Source: Candidatus Latescibacterota bacterium (lineage in GTDB: Bacteria > Latescibacterota > UBA2968 > UBA8231). Taken from it: a stretch of 64,000 nt of DNA. Numbering within the stretch: position 1 is the stretch's first letter; each line of letters begins with the position of its first letter. Made by a program: the position numbers and the translations under genes. The notes below the pieces were generated by a model. That model was not told the DNA's origin and did not search any database. It was given only the letters and a program-made list of their open reading frames with translations. The stretch spans positions 4,800,001-4,864,000 of the forward strand of contig OZ252098.1 of NCBI GenBank assembly GCA_965248355.1. The letters run 5' to 3'. Positions 17,857 through 27,613 of this stretch are shown piece by piece.

Positions 17857-18135
17857 TCAGGCGTTTCCCAGGCGTCTCTTCAGCTCGCCGCGCCGCTGCA
17901 GCTCCTCGAGGGCTTCCTCGGTGCCCAGGTACTCGCCGTCGACGAAGATCTGGGGGATGGTGGAATCCCCGCCCGTGCGCCGCACCATCTCCTTGAAGCC
18001 AGCCGTGGGCAGCTTGATCCCGAAGTAGAAGCGAATGGGGATCTTCCTGTAGCGGATGCCCTCGCGCCGCAGCATGAGCCGCGCCTTCCAGCAGAAAGCG
18101 CAGAACGGGCTCAGGTAGATTTCGACTCTGGGCAT
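17857..18135 (-). CDS. Dithiol glutaredoxin (GrxC-like)
   Basis: CAFC active site, TIPQIFVDGEYLG, 92 aa. Confidence 0.85.
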   Translation of the reverse strand: MPRVEIYLSPFCAFCWKARLMLRREGIRYRKIPIRFYFGIKLPTAGFKEMVRRTGGDSTIPQIFVDGEYLGTEEALEELQRRGELKRRLGNA

Positions 18136-18290
18136 TTTCCGGAATCCGTGCCGGCCGGGGGCCGTCGCTGAGAGGTGGCCGCCTCCATGCGCTGGAGCCG
18201 GCCCCGCAGGCTATAATAGGGTACTTCTCGCCCGGCGCACCTGCGTTGGCGCCTCGGGTCCCGCACCCGACCGACCTGGAGGAGGCCCCC

Positions 18291-19154
18291 TTGGCCAAGC
18301 TCGTCCTGGCGACCTGCCAGTTCCCCATTCACGAGGAGCCCCGGCGCAACCTGGGCTTCGCCACCCGTCAGCTCGACGCCGCCAAGGCCCGGGGCGCCCA
18401 CCTGGTGCACTTCTCCGAGGCGTGCATCTCCGGCTATCTGGGCGCGGAGGTCGCCTCTCACGACGGCGCCGACTGGGAGCGGATCTCGGCCGCCATGGAA
18501 GAGGTGATGGCCGCGGCGAGACGGCACCGGGTCTGGGTCGTCATCGGCTGCAATCACCGTCTCTCGGGAAGGCACAAGCCGCACAACTCCCTCTACGTCA
18601 TCGACAGCCGGGGGCGGATGGTCACGCGCTATGACAAGATGTTCTGCACCGGCAGCGCCGGCGGGAAGGACGGGGATCTCGCCCACTACAGCCCGGGTGA
18701 GGCCCTGATCACCTTCGAGGTGCGCGGCCTCACCTGCGGGCTGTTGATCTGCCACGACTTCCGCTATCCCGAGTTGTTCCGCGAGTACAAGCGCAAGGGC
18801 GTCGACCTGATGCTGGTCTCCTTCCACAACGCCGGCGGGAACAAGGAGAATTGTGACAGGTACAAGATCACCGTCCCGGCCACCCTCCAGGCCGCGGCCG
18901 CCAGCAACCACTACGCCGTGAGCGCCAACAACGGCACCCGCCGGCACGCCTGGCCGAGCTTCGTCGTCAACGCCGAAGGCATGGTCGTCAACAAGGCGCC
19001 GTCGCACCGGCCGGCGGTGCTGATCACCGGGATCGACACGGCGCAGAAGCTGAGGGACGCCTCCGCCGACTGGCGGGACCGCTGCATGCGGGGGGTGCTG
19101 CACAGCGGCCGGTTGGTGAAGGACGCGCGGTCGCGGGAGCGGAAGGCGCTATAG
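18291..19154 (+). CDS. Carbon-nitrogen hydrolase (nitrilase superfamily)
   Basis: Glu-Lys-Cys triad contexts FSEA, YDKM and ICHDFRYPE; GGAGG RBS with TTG start; TATAAT at 18212-18217 upstream. Confidence 0.9.
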   Translation: MAKLVLATCQFPIHEEPRRNLGFATRQLDAAKARGAHLVHFSEACISGYLGAEVASHDGADWERISAAMEEVMAAARRHRVWVVIGCNHRLSGRHKPHNSLYVIDSRGRMVTRYDKMFCTGSAGGKDGDLAHYSPGEALITFEVRGLTCGLLICHDFRYPELFREYKRKGVDLMLVSFHNAGGNKENCDRYKITVPATLQAAAASNHYAVSANNGTRRHAWPSFVVNAEGMVVNKAPSHRPAVLITGIDTAQKLRDASADWRDRCMRGVLHSGRLVKDARSRERKAL

Positions 19155-20593
19155 TAGGCCGCTTCCATGGGCTCGCTCGCCGTGTCGCCGCTGGTGCCAT
19201 GGCACCACGAACTCCGCCGTGTCCCGAAGTGTCCCGGCTGCTCCCAGTCCACCTCCAGGCTCACACGCTCTGCGTCCGGAATCCCCACTCCACCATTTCC
19301 GTCTGCAAGGCCCTGACCCTGGGATTTTCGCTTTCCAGGTTTTGTGTTACGGGATGGAAGGAGCAGGTCATCCGCTCGTAGTACGACCGCAGCTCGTGGG
19401 GGCGGACTCCCCAGGGCCTGGCCCGCGGGTCTTCGGTTCTGTGGCTGATCCACGCGGGTGGAACCGATGCAGCCGTTCGGTCGTTTGAAAGGATGAGACC
19501 TCAAGAGAGGTAGCGGATCCGCGCTTCCCGGGGTTGTGGGGGTTCCTTCCCCCACCACGTAACCACGGAGGTGCGACATGAAACGGATAACCGCCTGCCT
19601 GAGTCTCGGGATGGCGATCTTTGCAGTCGCCTGTGGAAACGACTCCAAGCCGACCCGGTCGACCCAACCAACCGAAGACCTGCGACTGTCGCCGGCGGGG
19701 AAAGCGGTGGGGGTCAGGAGCCACGGGACCAACCACCCCCCGGTCTTCTCGATTTCCATACAGAACCGTGGCCTGACCCTCCTGCTGCCGAGAGGTCCGG
19801 CCGCTCGGCTGACGTTTCCAGGAGAGCCGGCGACGGACCCGGAGGGAGACGACGTCTCCTACCGCTTGGCCTTCGCGGTGCCCAACATGACGGGTATCCA
19901 GACCCCCGAGGAAGCCCTGATGCGTATCACGCGGGACGGCAACACCTTCCATCTGGGGCCCGACGGCGACATCAGCCCCGGGCGGTTCACCTCCGTCTAC
20001 GGCGAGATCGCCAACCTTCCCACCTTTGCGTCCGCCATCTACGCGAGCGACGGAACCGACGAGACCGGTCCCCAGGTCTTCAGTCTGCACCTGATCTACG
20101 ATGGCTCGGCCCAGTTCTCGGCTCCGGCCGAATACGTGGGGGACCAGCGCTGGGAGATCTCGGATCCCCTGGAGATGTACGAAGGGGCGAGGGCGCCCGA
20201 GGACCCGCCCACCTGGACGGCGGTTACCGCCGACTTCCGGGAATGGGGGTTCGACTGGTCGCCGCCCTCCATCCGATGCGAGATCGTCACCACCATGGAT
20301 GTGTACACATTTTCAGAAGGCGGCCATGACAACTCCCTGTTCTCCCTGGACTCCGAAGAGAGGGCGACCTCGGGAACGGTGTCGCTGGAGTTCAAGACCG
20401 TCCCGGACTATGAAGCCCCGGGCGACGGCGACGGGGACAACGAGTACCGGGTGCGCGTGGTGAACAAACATGACATCCATTACCTCAACAACGAAGGGAC
20501 TCCGACGGGGTGCAGCGGCTCGGTGCTCGACCTGGGCATCCGGGTCAAGGACGTGGGGGTCCCGGTGCCGCCGGGAGGCGGACAAGGTGAATA

Positions 20594-22149
20594 GGGTGTA
20601 GCCTCGGTTTTACGCAGCCGTCTTGTCGGTCTGTTGTGTAGTCTGATGGAGGTACCAGTTCCAGAAGGCCTCCCATCGTTGGGATTGCACGTGGACTCGT
20701 AGATTGAGGATCTGCTGGCCTCCTTGGCGGGTCCAGCGCATGCCGCTGCGTTTGAGTCGATGGCCGACCAGGGTCTTGGCGGCGGCCTCCACGGGACCAC
20801 TGGAGAGGATCAACCCCGAAGCGCGATAGCGCGCGTAGTCCATCTTGTCCCGGTTGTTCCGGAAGTAGCCCAGCTCGGTGGTCACCTGACGATGGCGTTG
20901 GGAGCCGGGACGAAGGTTGCGGCGGTGGTAGGCCAGGGAGCGGATCAGGCCCTGAACGGCCCCGGGCTCATGACGCAGTTTGTGCCGCCAGGATCGGTAC
21001 CAGCGAGCCGCTTTCGACGACCGCTTGCCGAAGAGGGGCTCGGCGGCCTTTGACAGGTGGTGGGCCGCGTGATAGAAGTCGAGAATCCGGGTGAAGCCGT
21101 CGAACACCGGCTGCCGATCCACGCTGCGCCAGATCTGGCGCTGGCCGTCGGCCAACACCACCCGGTGGTCATACTCCCCCCGCTGCAGGGCCCGGGCCGT
21201 CTCCTCCACCAAGCCGTGGACCAGGGTCTTCATCTTGGGCTCCGGCATGCGCGCGGCGTAGCGCACATCGACGCGTTGGGGGTCTTCCGTCGCCGGGTCC
21301 AGCGGCGTCCCATACGTGGCGACCATCCCTACCCCGGCCTCCTTCCAGGCGGTGGGCGCGCGGTCGGGGTCGGGATCCGTCGGTCGTTCGGCGGGCCGTC
21401 CGCGTTTCGGCGCCGGCTCCCGCAGCGGCACGGTGACGCCGTCCCAACTGACCACCAGGGTGTCGCCCTCGGTCTTTAGGGGCGCCGCCTCCTGCAAGGC
21501 CAGCTCGAGTTGCTCGGCGTGGTCCTCGGCGTACTGACCGACGGTGGTCAACAGATGCTGAATGGCGGTGCGCGACGGGGACGCCGGCAACAGCTCGGCC
21601 AAGCTGGCCTCGACTTCGGCCGGGACCAGGCGGGCGCCCAGAAAGGCCGTGAAACGCTCCAGCGCCGGCACCATGAATCGGTGGACCATGCCGCAGCGCT
21701 CATCCAAGGGCACCCGGCTGGGGCCGCCCCGATCGGGCTGATACAGCCGACGCGGCACCTGGACCTTGCCCCACAGGGTCATCCATTCCTTGTGGACCAC
21801 TTGCTTGAACCGGTAGACCCGACCGTGGTGGACCACGGTGTCGTCGGCGATCTCGCACGCCTGCGCCAGCCGTTGGAAACCGATTCGACCGAGGTCGTCC
21901 AAAGCATCTCGCAACTCGCTCACCCTCTCGCGAAAGTCCTCCGGGCCGGCCTCCGGGGATTGCAGGCGATGCTCCCACTGGAGGACATTTTCCTCGAACT
22001 TTGTCAGGCGAGCGTGAAAATCCTTCGTATCTTCCATCAGGGACCCCTTTCCGGGTTTGGGCGTAAGTCCTTACACCCAAAGATACATTCGTGCCCGGAC
22101 TTGGGGTCCCCCTTTTATCGACAATCTGCGTAAAGTGAAGGCTACACCC
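20594..22149 (-). mobile_element. ISKra4/ISLre2-like insertion sequence, 1556 bp
   Basis: 24-bp terminal IRs (GGGTGTAGCCT-N4-TTTACGCAG, 20/24 identical); perfect 8-bp TSD GGTGAATA at 20586-20593 and 22150-22157. Confidence 0.93.
20610..22037 (-). CDS. ISKra4-family (UPF0236-like) transposase
   Basis: SWDG, LADG, LDFYHAAHHL, SGPVEAAAK, RLKRSGMRW. Confidence 0.9.
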   Translation of the reverse strand: MEDTKDFHARLTKFEENVLQWEHRLQSPEAGPEDFRERVSELRDALDDLGRIGFQRLAQACEIADDTVVHHGRVYRFKQVVHKEWMTLWGKVQVPRRLYQPDRGGPSRVPLDERCGMVHRFMVPALERFTAFLGARLVPAEVEASLAELLPASPSRTAIQHLLTTVGQYAEDHAEQLELALQEAAPLKTEGDTLVVSWDGVTVPLREPAPKRGRPAERPTDPDPDRAPTAWKEAGVGMVATYGTPLDPATEDPQRVDVRYAARMPEPKMKTLVHGLVEETARALQRGEYDHRVVLADGQRQIWRSVDRQPVFDGFTRILDFYHAAHHLSKAAEPLFGKRSSKAARWYRSWRHKLRHEPGAVQGLIRSLAYHRRNLRPGSQRHRQVTTELGYFRNNRDKMDYARYRASGLILSSGPVEAAAKTLVGHRLKRSGMRWTRQGGQQILNLRVHVQSQRWEAFWNWYLHQTTQQTDKTAA

Positions 22150-23197
22150 GGTGAATACCGGGAGGAGAATGACACGCAGATCGACGTGAGCTGGACCGCG
22201 CCCGGCGGCTTCAGCGAGGACGGAAGCGTGGTCTCTTTCCCGCCCGGCTTCGAGGTGACCGACTACGACTACCGCTACCGGTCGGCGGGAACCGAGGCCT
22301 GGACCGAGGTGACGGACACGGATCTCACGGAGGCGGCGGTGACGATAGAGGATGCGACGGAGGACGCCTACGAGATCCAGGTCCGGGCCACCAACAGCGA
22401 AGGCACGGGAGACTGGTCCTCGACGATACGGGCCGAGAAGATCGAACGCACCGTCTCCTTCGGGGCATCGCAGTACACCACGATGGAGGGGGACCCCTCC
22501 GGCGTCGAGATCGCGGTCTACCTGGACCCGGCGGCGGGGACTTTCCCGGTCACGGTCCCCATCATGGTGGAGGAGGAAGAGGGAGCCGGTCCCGAGGACT
22601 ATTCCGGCGTGCCGTCGAGCCTCACCTTCGAGGCAGATGAAGGCATGCAGACCTTCACCCTCATGGCCATGGAGGACACGGATCAGGATGAGGCTGCGGC
22701 GGAGACCATCCGACTGAACTTCGGGGACCTTCCGCAGAATGTGACCTCCGCGGCGCCGGCCATGGCGGAGGTGGTCCTGGAGCAGCAAGCGGCGGACCCG
22801 GTGATTCAGGGGCTCCGGATCATTTCCACCCCCGCGAGGGGCACCACCTACGGCCGTGACGAGGTCATCCAGGTGGAGGCGGCCTTCGACGCGCCGGTGA
22901 CGGTAACCGGCGCTCCCTATCTGCGGCTCGAGTTCAACTGCCGCTCCCTGAGGAAGGTCTACTATCGGAGCGGGTCCGGCACAGGCAGGCTGGTCTTCGA
23001 GTACCGCGTACGCGGCCTCGACCGGGACTCCAACGGCCTCTCGGTTCGGTCGGGCCGGGCAAATCTGAACGGGGGCGCCATCAACGCCGTTTCCGGAGGC
23101 GCCGCGGCCGAGCTCGACCACGCCGGCCTGGCCGACGATCCCGATCACAAGATCAACGGCTGCCTGGTCCGGCTGTGAGCCTGGTGGCCACAGGCGC

Positions 23198-23275
23198 CCG
23201 GCGGCCTATCTTTGGCCGCCGGAGGCGATGGCCGCGCCGCCGCGGGGGCCGCCCTCTCTGAGGCGAGCCCCCGCG
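23198..23275. terminator. Tandem GC-rich hairpins between convergent genes
   Basis: CCGGCGGCC-7nt-GGCCGCCGG (23198-23222) and CGCGGGGGC...GCCCCCGCG (23241-23275). Confidence 0.5.
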
Positions 23276-23279
23276 CCTC

Positions 23280-23576
23280 TCAGTCCTTCAGCTCGACGAT
23301 GATGTTGCGCCAGGGCTCGTCCCCGGCGTTGACGGCCTCGTGGATCTCCTCGCCGGGTATCTCGCGGAAGACCACGTGGCCGTCGGCCATCTCCCTGGGC
23401 TCGCCGTCGGACCCCTTCAGCGCGCCGCCGCCGATCACCACGTAGAGATAGTCCTCGGTGTGGCGGTGGAGACCGGTGCTCTGACCCGGCTCGAGTCGCA
23501 GGTCCCAGACGCGCACGCGATCGTTCTCGAAGAGCAGCTTCGACCCGACGTCGTCGGAGACGGTTCTTTCCGGCAT
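23280..23576 (-). CDS. Small cupin-domain protein, 98 aa
   Basis: LLFENDRVRVWDLRLEPG, HRH, HEAVNAG; GGAGG RBS; TTGACA-17bp-CACCTT upstream (23639-23611). Confidence 0.85.
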   Translation of the reverse strand: MPERTVSDDVGSKLLFENDRVRVWDLRLEPGQSTGLHRHTEDYLYVVIGGGALKGSDGEPREMADGHVVFREIPGEEIHEAVNAGDEPWRNIIVELKD

Positions 23577-23653
23577 GGCGGCCTCCAGGCTTGGCGTGGC
23601 AGGGGCCGTGAAGGTGACCGCGGGCCGCGTGGCTGTCAATCGGAGGAACACAT

Positions 23654-24808
23654 ATGGCGAGGATCACGGAAGTCACCGCTCACGTCCTGAAGTCGTACGA
23701 GTATCCCAACGGAGGTTGGGTGCTGGTGCGTGTGCGCACCGATGAAGGCGTGGAAGGCCTGGGGGAGTGCTTCGTCCCCGACAGCGACGGCAGCGGCGTC
23801 TTCGCCGCGAAGGAGCTGATCGACCGCCGCCTCGCGCAGGAAGCCGTGGGCCGGGAGGTGCTGGCCACGGCCGTCGTCTGGGAGCGCATGTACGACGCCT
23901 GCCAGCGGCTCTACGACCGCCGCGGCATGATGATCCACGCCATGAGCGGCATCGACATGGCCGTCCACGACGCCGCGGCGCGCACCCTGAACATCCCCTT
24001 GTGCGATCTGCTCGGTGGCCGTTTCCGCGAGCGCGTCAAGGTCTATGTCAGCAGCATCTGGGTCGACGCCGCCAGTCCGGAGCATGCCTACGCCTCTACG
24101 GAGGAATACGCCCGCCAGGGGTACGGGGCGATCAAGTACTGGGGCTGGCCCGACTTCGGCCACCGCCCCTCGCGGGACATGGCCATCCTGCGGGAGATCC
24201 GCGCCCGGGCCGGGACGGAGGTCGATCTCATGCTCGACCTCGGCCGTCCCGCCAGCCTCGCCGAGGCCCTGCAGACGGCGCGCATGATCGAGGACTCGGG
24301 GGCCGGCATCTACTGGTGGGAGGAGCCGCTGTCGAGCGCCGACGACGCCGCCAACATGGCCGAGCTCACCGCCCGCACCAGCGTTCGCATCGCCGCCGGC
24401 GAGTCGGACCTGACCGCCTTCGCCTTCCGGGACCTGATCGAGCGGCGCGTCGTCGACCTGCTGCAGCCGGACCTGTCGTGGGTGGGGGGCCTGACCGAGA
24501 CTCGGCGCATCGTCGAGATGGCGAGACTGGCGAACATCCCGGTGGTGCCCCACAACTGGGGCACGGCGATCAACTTCGCCGCCAGCATCCACCTCGTGGC
24601 GGCCATGCCCCAGGGCTTCCTGTGCGAATACCCCATCACCCACCGGGGAACGCGGGCGGACTGCGATCACGGCCCGAGCCCGATGATGACCGAGCTGGCC
24701 AGCTCGCCGGTGGTCGTGGCCGACGGCTTCGCCAGGGTCCCCGACGGCCCCGGGCTGGGCATCGAGCTGGACGAAGAGGCCGTGGCCCGCTACATCATCG
24801 AGCCGTGA
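23654..24808 (+). CDS. Mandelate racemase/muconate lactonizing enzyme family (enolase superfamily)
   Basis: SGIDMAVHD, LMLD, WWEEP, AAGES, LQPD, VVPH, PDGPGLGIELD. Confidence 0.92.
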   Translation: MARITEVTAHVLKSYEYPNGGWVLVRVRTDEGVEGLGECFVPDSDGSGVFAAKELIDRRLAQEAVGREVLATAVVWERMYDACQRLYDRRGMMIHAMSGIDMAVHDAAARTLNIPLCDLLGGRFRERVKVYVSSIWVDAASPEHAYASTEEYARQGYGAIKYWGWPDFGHRPSRDMAILREIRARAGTEVDLMLDLGRPASLAEALQTARMIEDSGAGIYWWEEPLSSADDAANMAELTARTSVRIAAGESDLTAFAFRDLIERRVVDLLQPDLSWVGGLTETRRIVEMARLANIPVVPHNWGTAINFAASIHLVAAMPQGFLCEYPITHRGTRADCDHGPSPMMTELASSPVVVADGFARVPDGPGLGIELDEEAVARYIIEP

Positions 24809-24819
24809 AGGGAGAACCC

Positions 24820-25441
24820 ATGACGGAACAGTTGCGGTGGCCCTCGTGGGCTGCGGCGGCATGGCCGGGGCCCACGTGGGCGGCCTGAAGGAGCTGCGGG
24901 AAGCCGGGATCGACGACATCGAGGTGGTGGCCTGCTGCGACCAGGTGGAAGAGGCGGCGCAACAGCGGGCCGCCGAGATCGCCGGGTTCCAGGACCACAA
25001 GCCGGCCGTCCACACCGACGTGGATGAGATGCTCATGCGCGTCGACGGGCTCGACGCGGTGGACATCTGCGCCCCCCACTCGCAGCGCCGGGGCCGGACT
25101 TCGGCAAGCGGGCGATCTACGGCAGCGAGGGCTGCATCGACTGGGAGACCGGGCTCTGGACCCGTGGGGGGGAGAACGTGTCCACCGAATCGCTGGTGGC
25201 GGAATACCGGCAGAGCCTGTCGCCAGAGGAGGGCGAACGGCTCTGCCCCGGCGGGGTCGAGAACCCCATCGCAACGGAGCTGAAGGAGTTCGCCGACGCG
25301 GCCCGGGGCCCGGGGGTGCCGGAGGTGGATGGCCTGGAAGGCTACCGCTCGCAGGCGATCTGCATGGCGGTGCTCGAGTCGGAGTGGTTCAAGCGGCCCG
25401 TCACTCTGGCCGAGATCGACCAGGCCCTGGGCATCGACTAG
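24820..25441 (+). pseudogene. Gfo/Idh/MocA oxidoreductase, frameshifted and internally deleted
   Basis: MTEQLR/VALVGCGGMA with a 1-nt loss near 24836; DAVDICAPH then jumps to IYGSEGCID...ICMAVLES; the central EKP region is missing. Confidence 0.85.
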
Positions 25442-25447
25442 CCTGGC

Positions 25448-26245
25448 CTATACCCGTCCGTCGAACTCGCGGCCCCTGATCAACATGAAGCGGAACTCCC
25501 CCCGCGGCTTTCCGCACTCCGTCTTCAGCCGGTGCTCCTCGTTCTCGATGCCGAGGTACATCGTCTCGGAGTGGAGGTAGTGAAGGGCGAGGCCGCGCCG
25601 CCGGTGCGGCGTGGGGTTGGCGCCGGTGCGGTGGAAGTTCAGCCCGTGGTGGAACAGGCAGGAGCCGGCCGGCAGCTCCACCGGCGCGGGCTCGGGGACC
25701 AGGGGATTGGCCAGGAACCGCTCCCTCTGCTCCCTGGCGATCGGTCCCCACTTGTGGCTTCCCGGCAGCATGGTCATGCAGCCGTTGGCCACGGTGGCGT
25801 CGTCGAGGGCGACCCAGCAGGAGACGTGGTCCTGCGGCGCGAACTGCGGCCAAGCCACCGAGTCCTGGTGCCAGTCGGTGACCGTGCCGTGATGGCGGGC
25901 CTTCATCATCAACTGGTCGCAGTAGAGCTTGATGTTGGGCCCCAGCAGGTCCTCGATGACGTCGACGATGGCCTCCTTGCGGGCCACGGCCTCGAACAAG
26001 GGATCGAAATAGCACAGATGCGTCATCTTGCGCACCCGATCGAGGCGGTCGACCTCGGCGCCGTTTCCCTCGCTGAAGGCGGCTTCCAACTGGATGTAGT
26101 CGGCGGGGACGTGATCGGCTTCGCCCAGGGCGATCTCCTCGCTGCGCCGGCGCAAGGCCCGCAGTTCATCGTCGGAGAGGACGCGGTCAAAGGGCAGGTA
26201 GCCCTTGTCTTCGAAATGGGTCTTCTGAGCTGAGGTCAGGGCCAT
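25448..26245 (-). CDS. Phytanoyl-CoA dioxygenase (PhyH) family
   Basis: [38 protein letters not shown]. Confidence 0.92.
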   Translation of the reverse strand: MALTSAQKTHFEDKGYLPFDRVLSDDELRALRRRSEEIALGEADHVPADYIQLEAAFSEGNGAEVDRLDRVRKMTHLCYFDPLFEAVARKEAIVDVIEDLLGPNIKLYCDQLMMKARHHGTVTDWHQDSVAWPQFAPQDHVSCWVALDDATVANGCMTMLPGSHKWGPIAREQRERFLANPLVPEPAPVELPAGSCLFHHGLNFHRTGANPTPHRRRGLALHYLHSETMYLGIENEEHRLKTECGKPRGEFRFMLIRGREFDGRV

Positions 26246-26274
26246 TGGATCGTTCCTCCAGTCGATTCGGTCCC

Positions 26275-26410
26275 ATGGATCGAATGTGACATCCTCGTCG
26301 TCGTCGGCGGCTTGGGCGGCTGCGCCGCGGCCATCCGCGCCGCCCGCCTCGGGTACCAGGTCTGCCTCACCGAGGAGAACCGGCGCCTCGGCGCGCCGGG
26401 CGGGGATTGA
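26275..26410 (+). pseudogene. N-terminal remnant of an FAD-dependent oxidoreductase
   Basis: [38 protein letters not shown] (dinucleotide-binding fold) then a stop; the ATG is out of frame. Confidence 0.7.
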
Positions 26411-26515
26411 GCGGAGGTCGTCCCGCGAGGCAGACTGCCGGAACGCCTCTGCTCCGGGCGCACGAGCCCATGCTGGAGATCCCATTGCCGCGATATTGGA
26501 GATTCAGGGATGCCA

Positions 26516-26960
26516 TCAGTCCCAAATGTCCTCTTTGGATTCCCAGTACGACCTTACTTTGTCGAATCGATCCATCCTGTCCCGGATCAGGATGAGTGAG
26601 AAGACATTAGTGTCACATTCGTAGAATCGGGAGAGCCGCTCGACCGATGTGAGGTTTGGCATATTGAATCGAGTCTCTTCTCGATGTGTCTTAACGTCCA
26701 CCACGGAGTAGATTCCCTCCCTGTCGGTGAACGCCAGATCGGCCATGGCGCGGCGTGCAAAGTCACTGGAGTACTCATGACACCAGCTTCCAAAGAAACG
26801 TGTCGAAGTTCTCTGCTACAAGTGATTCTATCGCATCGCCAACTGCTCTGGGGCTGGGAGCCGTCTGCGGAGTAAGGAAGTCCGGGGTAGAATTGAGGTG
26901 CTTTCGGATGCTCGATGCCACCTCTCGATGGTGACCCTCGTAATAGAAGCGCGACTTCAT
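26516..26960 (-). pseudogene. Type II restriction endonuclease (PD-(D/E)xK, HincII-like), frameshifted and shortened
   Basis: ATGA-coupled to the MTase; VGDAIESLV...ADLAF...VDVKT...MPNLTS; extra base near 26793; only about 147 codons remain. Confidence 0.65.
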
Positions 26961-27613
26961 GAGAACATGTCCGCTTGATGGCTGCCAGACCCTTTCTTGC
27001 GGCATTGGTCCGAGTGGGTGTTTCTCTCCCAGAAGACACCATCGCCGTATCCCTGGATCGCAGGATCAGTGCGTGCGGCGGCGAGCCGTTTGAGCCCCCA
27101 GCACAGGTACTCGGTTTCCTTTTCAACTCCACACCATCGGCGGGCCAGCTTTTGAGCCACCACCGCAGTAGTCCCGCTGCCAACAAATGGATCGAACACG
27201 TAGTCGCCTTGTTTCGAGCTTGCGAGGATCAGCTTTGCAATGAGCTTTTCGGGTTTCTGAGTGGGATGATCGGTGTTCTCCGGCATCGACCAGAAGGGTA
27301 CCGTGATATCCGTCCAGATGTTCGAGGGATGGGTCATCCGGAAGTTGCCCTCCGAGTCCTGTGTCCAGTCCTTGGGCTCGCCGTTCTCGCGGTAGGGGGC
27401 CATGACCCTGCGCTTCAGTTTCACGGCATCGACATCGAAGTAGTACTCGTCCGAGATCGTGCAGAACCAGATGTCTTCGGTATTGTTCTTCCAGTTTCTC
27501 TTCGCTCCCCGTCCTTTCTCACGTTCCCAGGTTATTCGATTCCTGACTCGCAGTTTGTCCTCGAGGATCGGGAAGACAAGTGTCGAGGTGGTCCAGTCGG
27601 AGCATACGTAGAC

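Larger units (their letters stand above)
19578..23178 (+). pseudogene. Surface lipoprotein (cadherin-like, Fn3, Calx-beta-like domains) interrupted by an ISKra4-like element; 678 aa when rejoined
   Basis: FAVAC lipobox; PDYEAPGDGDGDNEYRVRV; VSWTAP...YEIQVRATNSEGTGDWS; removing the IS and one TSD gives in-frame GQGEYREENDTQ. Confidence 0.85.
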
